The notes under the pieces were generated by a model. That model was not told where the DNA came from. It searched no databases and saw nothing but the letters and a program-made list of their open reading frames with translations. A stretch of 33,278 nt of DNA, from IMG/VR virus record IMGVR_UViG_3300045744_000007, positions 64,001 through 97,278 of that record. One strand, written 5' to 3'. Shown here piece after piece: positions 25,101 through 31,677 of the stretch. The translations under genes and the position numbers were made by a program. The stretch is from a virus. Taxonomy: Duplodnaviria; Heunggongvirae; Uroviricota; Caudoviricetes. Each line of letters begins with the position of its first letter. Within the stretch, counting starts at the first letter, position 1.

Positions 25101-26610
25101 CATCGTTGCCGTCTTCCACCCGCAGGGTCGGTACAGCTACAAGCTCAGTCAGTTCACGTCTGACTACACGAGCCCGGGCGGTCATCTCTATACGACCGAC
25201 CAGGGGGCCTACGGGCCAGGACGCTTCATCGGTGGCGCTTCGCCTGCGTACCCGAATGGGAACTCGCAGACGTGGTACGGGATGGAGCCCCTGTTCGTTG
25301 CTGACGCAGCGGTCACGCAGGTCAACCCGACGACGGCCGGTGCTTCGGGCGCAGCTCAGACGGCGTCGGTCGGGCATGCTGCGCTGGCAGGGACGGGTGC
25401 GGTCAACGCGACTGTGCCCTACGACGCCTCGGGAGCAGAACTCTCGGCCTCCTTGGAGTCGCAGGCACCGGTCGACGTGGCCGCAAGCGCCATTGACGCA
25501 TCGGTCAGCTCGGCCAGCAACATTGTGGTGGCGGCTGGCATGGCAGGCACCGGTGCTGCCAGTGCTTCTCCGTCCGCCTCGCTGGGGAGCCCGGCTGGTG
25601 CCGGAGGGGTCGCCGCCTCGGGTCTGGGCGAGACAGGAGCAGTCAAGGGTGCGAGTGGCGTCTCGGGGGTGGCTGTCGGTGCGCTCACGCCGAACGTCAC
25701 GGTGCCCGGGGCCACCTCGGTCAACGCTGGGACTGCCGGGGTCACGGGGAGCGCGCTCAGTGCTACTCCGTCGAGTGCCCAGGGTGTCCCGGCAACGACC
25801 GGGGGAGCCGGGGCCAGTGCTTCGGATGCCGTCGCATCGGTCAAGGCTCGGGCTGGGACAGCGGGTGTCGGAGCCAACTCCCCGCTCGGGGACTCGGTCG
25901 AGGCAGGCGACGCCAACATCAGTGCTGGGACGGCTGGGGTCACGGCTGCCGCCCGGGATGCGAGTGCATCGTCTCCCACGTTCGCTCTGGTCGAGACTGC
26001 AAACGCGATCGTGAGCGCGCTCATGGCGTCGGTGGTGACCACCGAGCTTGCGCCAGGGGCGTTCCCGAACTTCACGGTGCTCGATCTGTCGAACTTCACG
26101 GGTCGGCCGGTGGCGAGCTACACGAACACGGCCTATGTCTCGCAGGCTCTGGCTGAGGCTCGACTGTTGTTCAAGCTGGCAACCTGCCGCTCGACCTACC
26201 CGACCACGGTCGATGAAGCGCAGTTGGCCGAGTACGCGATCCTGAGCCTGGCAGACAGCATCTATCTGGCCTCGGCGTACACCACGACGTTGGCCTCGCC
26301 CTTCCAGTCGGAGACGATCGGGAGCTACACCTACACGAAGACGAGTGCTTCGGTGGGGAGCTTCGCGACGAGGATCGCAGCGGGTCAGCCGACCGGGGAC
26401 ATGTGGTTTGACCTCGCAGTGCGCTCGCTGGGGGTCTGCGAGACAGGGCTGGCGTCCTCGGCGTTGCAGGTCTTCACCGACGATCTGGTGTGGGAAGAGG
26501 ATCGGGCCACGGGTCGGCTGAGAGTGCTCGGGCCAGAGGACTACAACAGGGTTGACTACCTGTGGGGCATCGAGTCCGGGGTCATGCATGATCCAGTGGG
26601 TGAGTGGTGA
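22153..26610 (+). CDS. 1485-aa fibre protein (N-terminal beta-rich domain, 20-aa-period G/A/S repeats, two DUF4082 domains) fused to a C-terminal head-tail adaptor domain
   Basis: DUF4082-like segments near 24110-24600 and 24820-25300. The C-terminal ~180 aa contain FQSETIGSYTYTK (26302-26340). Lies directly upstream of the stopper gene. Confidence 0.75.
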   Translation: MAIAVDASSAAGVSQTNSATLTLATGSFTPPSGSVILASWQGNSATANPTAPTIANSGGLTFTAVNIRTSADTGGAHGQAAMWYAIVSTSPGAMTVTVTNNAASGSRQARLRVLVLTGADTTTPIASSGEGTDSGGALDTLSYTSTVANSVGFASVSDWDVSSTTFTAASGTTIDDSQSVGASINCATLKQTTPTTSGSTISLGLTSPTSTQWNYVWAEIRPASTSGTSASAANTAASVTSSSAQSSVKPSASATSVAPAAQGAVGSVKGVASLAGTGASAQSALGGVGPAAGGTGTSAGAQGAVNGVRGAASLGSATASAPSAAAGAGSLAGGPGVSGSALGTSNQVQGTASSSGTTASTPSPGLSGSTSAGAPGVGAGVQSVATPINVRAGMAGVAPSAVNGTATNGVAAAAGLAGVAIGVPASAPGTASGIGASGVGASAQVPGAGAGASSGVSGVGVSAPTPSPSAGASAQTPSSGAGAQTPGSGVTASSGASGVGAGAQLLSSGVKPSSGLGGVGADAQLPSSGIGSSGGASGASAGALGVGSGFSFPVGTGGVGASAPGAGVGSGLPAGTGGVGAGALGAGTGSSSLAGTSGVGVGAGASTSGVGASGGAGGVGAGAQTPSSGVGASVGTSGAGASSPNGDAETPVAVDTFWNGSPPAWTGSDDDAPLAVGMAFSVLVSGQCTGVRFHTNTTESGTVVAQLHTNTGTLLASKNGPTNPTAGSYDITFDTPQTLNTSTIYVVSIWHPEGRYSYTTNPSQFQADFTSPGGTLFTSDQGGYGPGRFVYGASAGALPNGNSQTWYGAEPIFSTVSAGTNASAANAPVTGQSNGVGSNVTAGGVGSTGAAASASNATISSANNATASAGLASTAVLGITAAVNSSSGTTYETLFGGSPPAFTGSDDDPSPLTLGLAFSVLSSGSLAGVEVSTATTETGTWVALLYDNAGNQLATKNGPTNPGAGTYRVFFDTPVTVNTGTIYIVAVFHPQGRYSYKLSQFTSDYTSPGGHLYTTDQGAYGPGRFIGGASPAYPNGNSQTWYGMEPLFVADAAVTQVNPTTAGASGAAQTASVGHAALAGTGAVNATVPYDASGAELSASLESQAPVDVAASAIDASVSSASNIVVAAGMAGTGAASASPSASLGSPAGAGGVAASGLGETGAVKGASGVSGVAVGALTPNVTVPGATSVNAGTAGVTGSALSATPSSAQGVPATTGGAGASASDAVASVKARAGTAGVGANSPLGDSVEAGDANISAGTAGVTAAARDASASSPTFALVETANAIVSALMASVVTTELAPGAFPNFTVLDLSNFTGRPVASYTNTAYVSQALAEARLLFKLATCRSTYPTTVDEAQLAEYAILSLADSIYLASAYTTTLASPFQSETIGSYTYTKTSASVGSFATRIAAGQPTGDMWFDLAVRSLGVCETGLASSALQVFTDDLVWEEDRATGRLRVLGPEDYNRVDYLWGIESGVMHDPVGEW
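23461..24080 (+). repeat. Degenerate 60-bp (20-aa) tandem repeat, about 10 units
   Basis: RGTGGTGTSGGGGC-like starts at 23461, 23521, 23641, 23701, 23821, 23881 and 23941, with weaker matches at 23761, 24001 and 24061. Confidence 0.85.
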
Positions 26611-26996
26611 TGGAACACCTCTTCAACTCGGTAGTGGCTGTTTACCGGCTTGAGTCCTCGGCGGTGGACGGGATGCTGAGCTACACCTGGCTGGACTCCG
26701 GGGTGAGGATCAAGTGCCGTCTCGACATCGGCTTCCTGCGCCCGGGGAAAGATCAGCCGATGGCGGTAGAGGCAGGCAAGGCACCTGATCGGGTCGGGGT
26801 GCTCTACTGCCTGCCCGACCAGGACATCCGGGCGGGGGATCGGGTGGTGGCCCTTGAGCCTGCGGCTGTGCCGGGCACTTTCGAGGTGAGAGTGATCCCG
26901 GACCGGGCCCAGGGGTTCGCGACGGCGCATCACATCGAGGTGCAGATCGTGGAGGTCAGCCAGGCACTAGCGGGTGTCTTCCCGGGGAGTGAGTGA
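26610..26996 (+). CDS. Head-to-tail stopper (SPP1 gp16-like)
   Basis: TGATG coupling; DIRAGDRV motif; canonical position after the adaptor. Confidence 0.75.
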   Translation: MEHLFNSVVAVYRLESSAVDGMLSYTWLDSGVRIKCRLDIGFLRPGKDQPMAVEAGKAPDRVGVLYCLPDQDIRAGDRVVALEPAAVPGTFEVRVIPDRAQGFATAHHIEVQIVEVSQALAGVFPGSE

Positions 26997-27370
26997 TGAG
27001 CCTCAAGGTGACCTCGGACTGGTCGGACGTGGACCACGAACTTGTGAGGGTGGAGAAAGCACCATCCATCGAGAGCACGACGGCGCTGGATGCTGCCCTG
27101 AAGGCACTCTTCGAAGAGACGCAGGCGGCAGTGCACGTCATCACCGGCTCGCTCAAGAACTCGGGGAAGACCAGCACGAAGACTCACCGGTATATGTGGG
27201 TGGGCGAGATCACGTACGGTGGGGCGTCGCCCGGCTTCCCGCACAACCCGGTGCGCTACGCGTGGTACGAGCAGAGGAGAGGCGGGGGTCACGACTTCAT
27301 GGCGCTGGTCAACACCGACATCGGCAACGACGCGATGCTGACGGCGGTTGAAATTGCGCTGGAGGGCTGA
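26996..27370 (+). CDS. HK97 gp10-like neck protein
   Basis: VHVITGSLKNSG resembles the PVxTGxLRxS motif; sits between stopper and terminator. Confidence 0.65.
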   Translation: MSLKVTSDWSDVDHELVRVEKAPSIESTTALDAALKALFEETQAAVHVITGSLKNSGKTSTKTHRYMWVGEITYGGASPGFPHNPVRYAWYEQRRGGGHDFMALVNTDIGNDAMLTAVEIALEG

Positions 27371-27828
27371 TGACTGACTACGTGCTGGCAGCCCGGCGCT
27401 ACCTGGCTGCGCAGGCCCCCGTGCGGGCGGTGCTGGGGTCTGACGCGCTCTGGGACACTTGGCTCTTCCAGATGAAGCTACAGGCCACGCTAGAGGGCTC
27501 AGAGTCCGTCGCGTGCGTCCTCAGCCCGGGGGGCAACTGGACCACGCCCAACGAGCACAACACGGCGCGCTTCCCCCGGCTCCGGGTCGAGTTCTTCGCA
27601 GATCCCACGCGGGACGCTGCCCGGAACGTGGTGACGGCATCGACGTGGGCGAAGCTCAGTGCCGCGTACGACGCGATTGATCCCTACCTGCATTGGATGG
27701 GTGGAGAGCAGATGTGGGGTGACGTTCGGGTCATCGGCTCCAAGCGACTGGGAGAGCTGGACTACTCACCGGTGCAGGACGGGGATGGTGGGGGATACGC
27801 CGTCGTCTACTACGGGCTGGTGCTCTAG
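27370..27828 (+). CDS. Tail terminator protein (putative)
   Basis: 152 aa; last gene of the neck cluster; N-terminal AARRYLAAQAPVRAVLG helix fits gp17/gpU-like proteins. Confidence 0.65.
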   Translation: MTDYVLAARRYLAAQAPVRAVLGSDALWDTWLFQMKLQATLEGSESVACVLSPGGNWTTPNEHNTARFPRLRVEFFADPTRDAARNVVTASTWAKLSAAYDAIDPYLHWMGGEQMWGDVRVIGSKRLGELDYSPVQDGDGGGYAVVYYGLVL

Positions 27829-27831
27829 ACA

Positions 27832-27859
27832 GCAGAAAGCCCCCTTTCGGGGGCTCTGC
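27832..27859. terminator. Bidirectional intrinsic terminator between converging transcripts
   Basis: AGCCCCC-TTTC-GGGGGCT between stops at 27828 (+) and 27865 (-). Confidence 0.8.
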
Positions 27860-27864
27860 GGTGC

Positions 27865-28167
27865 TCAGCGGTGGGTGGGCAAGTCCTCGGTCCAGCTCTT
27901 GCCCAGATGTGGCCCTAGGGCTTCGACGTGCACCTGGTCACCTTGGAGCTTGGCCTTGTAGACACACGCTTGCATGACCAAGCCCTTGCGCCAATAGACC
28001 GTGAAGCATGCCCCCCGGGCCCAGGCGGCATCGATGGTGACGCGATCGAACTGTTCGAACCGGCGGGGCAGAGCATCGAGCCAGTCAGCGAACCGGTCCT
28101 CTCCGTCGCGCAGCTCTCGTTGGAGGTCAGCCCACCACGCCTCGTGGTTCTGGAGGTAGGACGGCAT
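27865..28167 (-). CDS. Hypothetical protein (100 aa)
   Basis: AGGGAG SD on the minus strand; ends at the terminator. Confidence 0.7.
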   Translation of the reverse strand: MPSYLQNHEAWWADLQRELRDGEDRFADWLDALPRRFEQFDRVTIDAAWARGACFTVYWRKGLVMQACVYKAKLQGDQVHVEALGPHLGKSWTEDLPTHR

Positions 28168-28178
28168 CTCAGTTCTCC

Positions 28179-28328
28179 CTACCGGTGGATCTTGCCGTCG
28201 CCCGTGACGATGATCGTCCCGTCGCTGGTGTGGATCTCGATGTGGTCGGTGTCCTTCTCGAGCTTGATCACGTCGCCCTTGCTCGCGGTGTGGTAGGTCT
28301 CGCCGCCACCGAGGATCGTGGTTCGCAT
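28179..28328 (-). CDS. 49-aa hypothetical protein; not in the ORF track
   Basis: AGGAG SD; MRTTILGGGETYHTASKGDVIKLEKDTDHIEIHTSDGTIIVTGDGKIHR; directly behind the promoter at 28364-28392. Confidence 0.7.
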   Translation of the reverse strand: MRTTILGGGETYHTASKGDVIKLEKDTDHIEIHTSDGTIIVTGDGKIHR

Positions 28329-28363
28329 CTCAGGTCTCCTTCTCGGTCGTTGTCGGTGCGACT

Positions 28364-28392
28364 AGCCTAGCGTACTAGTTCACTGGTGTCAA
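28364..28392 (-). promoter_or_regulatory. SigA/HrdB-type promoter TTGACA-N17-TAGGCT (variant of the repeated promoter)
   Basis: Minus strand TTGACAccagtgaactagtacgcTAGGCT. Confidence 0.8.
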
Positions 28393-28398
28393 CCAGGC

Positions 28399-28596
28399 TC
28401 AGTCTCGTTGCTTGCGCTCTTCGATCATCTGATCGATCAGCCCGTCCATGTCGTAGCCGTCGTCGCTGAACTTCTGACGACGTCCGTACTTCCGGTCATC
28501 CGCCATGTTGGACACGAGATCGAAGAGATCCTCGAAATCGTCGTCGGAGAGATCCCCGATCTTGTCCATGAGCCGGACGACATCCATGCTTGCCAT
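28399..28596 (-). CDS. Acidic small protein (65 aa, 19 D/E)
   Basis: GGAAAGGAG SD; residues counted by hand. Confidence 0.75.
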   Translation of the reverse strand: MASMDVVRLMDKIGDLSDDDFEDLFDLVSNMADDRKYGRRQKFSDDGYDMDGLIDQMIEERKQRD

Positions 28597-28617
28597 GGCA
28601 GGCTCCTTTCCTTTCTG

Positions 28618-28758
28618 TCAGTTCTCGGTCTGTCGATCGTGGACGTACACGGTGCGTCCGGTGTTCACGGCAGCCATGACGCCGAGATAGGTCGCGTCCT
28701 CCTCGTCATCGGTGGTGGCGACCAGCCCATGACGCTCGCTGATGATGTAGAACCGCAT
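28618..28758 (-). CDS. 46-aa hypothetical protein; not in the ORF track
   Basis: AAGGAGG SD; MRFYIISERHGLVATTDDEEDATYLGVMAAVNTGRTVYVHDRQTEN. Confidence 0.7.
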   Translation of the reverse strand: MRFYIISERHGLVATTDDEEDATYLGVMAAVNTGRTVYVHDRQTEN

Positions 28759-28759
28759 T

Positions 28760-28960
28760 TCAGTCCTCCTTCGGTTGCGTACGAACGTCAACCGGCTCCC
28801 CCGGCTCGCTGGAGATCACAGTGATGAGCGGTCCATCCTCATCCCAGGTGCTCGCGAGCCACGTCTGGTCTGTGCGGTTGAAAGCGGCGCTCAGGTTGTT
28901 CCCGTCCCTCGCCAGACCGACCCAGATTGCTTCGTGGCCGTCGTCTGTAATGAGCATCAT
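28760..28960 (-). CDS. Hypothetical protein (66 aa)
   Basis: ATGA overlap with the upstream gene. Confidence 0.65.
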   Translation of the reverse strand: MMLITDDGHEAIWVGLARDGNNLSAAFNRTDQTWLASTWDEDGPLITVISSEPGEPVDVRTQPKED

Positions 28961-29235
28961 CGGTGCAGCGCTCCGTCACTCGGGAGGGTGACCCGCACCA
29001 GTCGGAGGGGGTCGGCACTGGTGCCGTAGGCCCATCGGCCGTTGTACCGGTACGCCTGCCAGACGTAGAGGGAGGGAGCGGGCCCGCTGGTGTCCATCGA
29101 AACGAACTCGGCCCGGCGGTTGTCACCCTCACCGATGATCCGCATGAACACGGCTTCCTCGTCCGGCCCCGCGTCCTTCCCGAAGTCGAGGAGCACGGTG
29201 TCACCAGGGTTGAGCGTGTCGATTCGAATGCCCAT
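28957..29235 (-). CDS. Hypothetical protein (92 aa)
   Basis: AAGGAG SD; start reassigned to ATG 29235, behind the repeated promoter. Confidence 0.7.
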   Translation of the reverse strand: MGIRIDTLNPGDTVLLDFGKDAGPDEEAVFMRIIGEGDNRRAEFVSMDTSGPAPSLYVWQAYRYNGRWAYGTSADPLRLVRVTLPSDGALHR

Positions 29236-29267
29236 AGTGATCACTCCTTGGTCGGCTTGATGACTCA

Positions 29268-29296
29268 ATACTGCCGCACTGGTTCACTGTTGTCAA
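29268..29296 (-). promoter_or_regulatory. Repeated promoter copy, TTGACA-N17-CAGTAT
   Basis: Minus strand TTGACAacagtgaaccagtgcggCAGTAT. Confidence 0.8.
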
Positions 29297-29331
29297 CCAC
29301 TTCAACAGATGAAATTCTGTTCCTGCGTAGC

Positions 29332-29353
29332 GAAAGGGCCCCCGAAGGGGCCC
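29332..29353 (-). terminator. Intrinsic terminator (cUUCGg loop)
   Basis: Minus strand GGGCCCC-TTCG-GGGGCCC-TTTC. Confidence 0.85.
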
Positions 29354-29375
29354 CATGCTCAGTGCTGAGAGGTGC

Positions 29376-29780
29376 TCAGTTGCCCCACTCGCTGTCAGTG
29401 GTGTCGTCCTCGTCGTCGCTGTCCTCGTCCTCGTCGTCGCTGTCCTCGTCCTCGTCGGCGGGGAAGGTGTCGTTCTCCTGGTTGAGCTTGTCCTGCGCGG
29501 CCAGGAGGAGCGCCTCCCACTCCGGGTCCTCCACGAGCGAGCCCGTCTCGCGGGCGGCCAGCGCTTCGGCCAGGTTCTTGACCACGAACCGCAGCTTGGG
29601 GGACGTGGCGACCAGGACGCCGTCCCGGGTGATGAGGTGGTAGGTGCGGTTCCCCGGCACACCGGTGCGGATGCTCCAGCCGAGCTGGACCGGCTGGTCG
29701 TAGCCGTTCACGTTCACGCCGACGAACACCGGCTCGCAGGTGGTGGCGTTCTTGGGGTCGGTGGTGTCGATCTCGGTCAT
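29376..29780 (-). CDS. Hypothetical protein (134 aa) with poly-acidic C-terminal tail
   Basis: AGGAGG SD; the tail DEDEDSDDEDEDSDDEDD is encoded by a 21-bp duplication. Confidence 0.75.
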   Translation of the reverse strand: MTEIDTTDPKNATTCEPVFVGVNVNGYDQPVQLGWSIRTGVPGNRTYHLITRDGVLVATSPKLRFVVKNLAEALAARETGSLVEDPEWEALLLAAQDKLNQENDTFPADEDEDSDDEDEDSDDEDDTTDSEWGN

Positions 29781-29818
29781 GATTCACGGCCTCCTAGGCT
29801 CACGTAGTTGACTCTTGA

Positions 29819-29905
29819 TCAGTCACAGTCGAAGGAAGGGTCCTCGCGCTCCGTGCGCTCGACCTCGGCCCAGTCCACAAGCTCAAGCTCGTCGTCCCAG
29901 GTCAT
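29819..29905 (-). CDS. 28-aa acidic peptide (12 D/E); not in the ORF track
   Basis: GGGGAGG SD; MTWDDELELVDWAEVERTEREDPSFDCD; first ORF behind the promoter at 29941-29970. Confidence 0.6.
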   Translation of the reverse strand: MTWDDELELVDWAEVERTEREDPSFDCD

Positions 29906-29940
29906 CGCTTGCCTCCCCTGTCTCGCTGCTGACAGGAAGA

Positions 29941-29970
29941 ACACTATCGACACTAGTTGCCCAACGTCAA
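29941..29970 (-). promoter_or_regulatory. Leftward promoter TTGACG-N18-TAGTGT
   Basis: Read directly; shares AACTAGTG with the repeated promoter spacer. Confidence 0.65.
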
Positions 29971-30006
29971 CCCTCACTCGTGTGAGTCAGGCCACAGAGT
30001 GCATAG

Positions 30007-30035
30007 TTGACACCAGTGAACCTGAGGGGTAGTGT
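30007..30035 (+). promoter_or_regulatory. Rightward promoter TTGACA-N17-TAGTGT (repeat-family member)
   Basis: TTGACAccagtgaacctgaggggTAGTGT; the leader CATCAAG...CCGACCAGGGAG matches that of two minus-strand copies. Confidence 0.8.
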
Positions 30036-30070
30036 TGTCCTCATCAAGACAGATACCGACCAGGGAGCAC

Positions 30071-30418
30071 ATGATGGCCTCCAAGACCGAAGAGCTGGAA
30101 CTGCGCTTCAACTCCGTGAACGACATCAAGAAGTTCTCGCTCTCGCGGGGCTCGAACTGGTTCTCCCCGAACACCCTCCGGTTCTTCCAGTCGCGGTTCT
30201 CGCAGACGGTGTACGGGGGCCGGATCTTCGTCTCCAGCGAGATGAACTTCGACGGCACCCAGCGCCTCTACACGGTGCGGTTCGTCAAGGCCGATGGTGG
30301 GGTCGAGACGATTGGTGAGTTCCAGCAGTACGAGACGCTGGCCCAGGCGCAGGGAGCCGCCCGCCGGGCCGCCCGGGAGTGGGTGGAGACGGGGAAGATG
30401 CCCCGCCCCACCAACTGA
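30071..30418 (+). CDS. Hypothetical phage protein (115 aa)
   Basis: AGGGAG SD. WFSPNTLRFFQSR...FVSSE...RLYTVR...GEFQQY resembles a recurrent phage family (possibly DUF7447; unverified). Confidence 0.75.
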   Translation: MMASKTEELELRFNSVNDIKKFSLSRGSNWFSPNTLRFFQSRFSQTVYGGRIFVSSEMNFDGTQRLYTVRFVKADGGVETIGEFQQYETLAQAQGAARRAAREWVETGKMPRPTN

Positions 30419-30436
30419 GCAGACAGCACGCGAGAG

Positions 30437-30458
30437 AGGGCCCTTCGGGGCCCTTTTT
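30437..30458 (+). terminator. Intrinsic terminator (cUUCGg loop, U-tract)
   Basis: AGGGCCC-TTCG-GGGCCCT-TTTT. Confidence 0.9.
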
Positions 30459-30513
30459 CGTGTCTGCCGAAGGTTTGCTCTAGGAGCTGCGTGCCTAGAG
30501 AGGGCTTGACCCC

Positions 30514-31677
30514 GTGACGTTGAAACTGTTGCTCAAGACTCCAGTGACGCCATACAGCGGGTATGGCAACGATGGGATCGGGCTCACGCGCTCACTCCTG
30601 CGGCGTGGTGTCGACCTCTACCTACAGCCGCTGTACTGCAACCCACCTCTGCCGCGTTACGTGGCCGAGCTGCTGACTCGTAGGCTCGATGCGCCGTTCG
30701 ACGTCATCCTGGTGCACACGTCCTTGGACACGCAGGACTTTGCTTCGCTGCCAGAGGTGCGGAGAGCAACGAAGTTCCTGGTCGGGTGGTCCATGTGGGA
30801 GTACACGACCTTTGACAACATGCACAAGGAAGCGCGGGAGACGCTCAAGGAGCGGTTGTCTCACTTCGACGTGCTGATCGGGTACGACAGTGTGACGTGT
30901 GAGGCACTCAAGGAGTACGCCCCGGACATCCCGATCCTCTCCTTGCAGGGCGGTTACATGCCCGAGGAGTGGAGCTTCATTGATCGGGATTGGTTCTCTG
31001 ATCGCTTCGGTTTCTTCATGGAAGGGCAGCTACACGAGCGAAAAGATCCGTTCGTTGCCATCGAAGCGTTCCGGCAGCTCAAGGCAGAGTGCCCGGACTT
31101 CGAAGGTGCAGAGCTGCACCTCAAGACCAACGTCCCGGGGCTGCATCCTGCCATGGAAGAAGTGATCCCGAAGCTGAGAGTCCACTACGCCACCTGGCCG
31201 GTTGAGCTGTTGAGAGAGTTCTACGCCCGGCAGCATTGCTTGCTCGCCCCCAGCCGGGGGGAGGGGAAGAACGTCCCCGCCTTGCAGTTCATGTCTACGG
31301 GTGGGTTGACGATTGCGACCGGGTGGGCGGGCCACACGGTGTGGCAGGACCCGAGCTACTGCTACGCGCTGGATTACGAGTTGCGCCCCGTCTCCTCGGA
31401 CACGCCCCGGTGTCTCAATGCGCGGGCAAGCGTCGACCACCTGAAAGAGCTGATGCTCAAGGCGTACCGGGAGCGGGGAGAGTCCAAGAGGATGGGCTCT
31501 CTGGCTGCGCAGGTGATCCCGCAATCGTGCTCCTGGGATGCCGTGCTCGAACGTCTCTTCTTGCAGCTAAAAGAGCTTGAGGGTGGGTCCCTCGTCTGGG
31601 ATCTCTGGTGCTCCACGCCGCGCCCTGAGTCGGCAGTAGACGCGCTCGCGAGAGGACTGACCGGTGCCCAACTCTGA
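30514..31677 (+). CDS. GT-B fold (GT4-like) glycosyltransferase
   Basis: N-terminal YSGYGNDG loop; GQLHERKDPFVAIEAF; LLAPSRGEGKNVPALQF, an EX7E-like motif with Q at the second position. Confidence 0.85.
   Translation: MTLKLLLKTPVTPYSGYGNDGIGLTRSLLRRGVDLYLQPLYCNPPLPRYVAELLTRRLDAPFDVILVHTSLDTQDFASLPEVRRATKFLVGWSMWEYTTFDNMHKEARETLKERLSHFDVLIGYDSVTCEALKEYAPDIPILSLQGGYMPEEWSFIDRDWFSDRFGFFMEGQLHERKDPFVAIEAFRQLKAECPDFEGAELHLKTNVPGLHPAMEEVIPKLRVHYATWPVELLREFYARQHCLLAPSRGEGKNVPALQFMSTGGLTIATGWAGHTVWQDPSYCYALDYELRPVSSDTPRCLNARASVDHLKELMLKAYRERGESKRMGSLAAQVIPQSCSWDAVLERLFLQLKELEGGSLVWDLWCSTPRPESAVDALARGLTGAQL

Noticed and set aside
22830-25990. Collagen-like fibre
   Set aside because: Gly is frequent but not at every third residue; the dominant period is 20 aa.
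20628-26610. Diversity-generating retroelement acting on the fibre genes
   Set aside because: No reverse transcriptase and no TR/VR pair differing only at adenines; the two DUF4082 copies differ at all base types.
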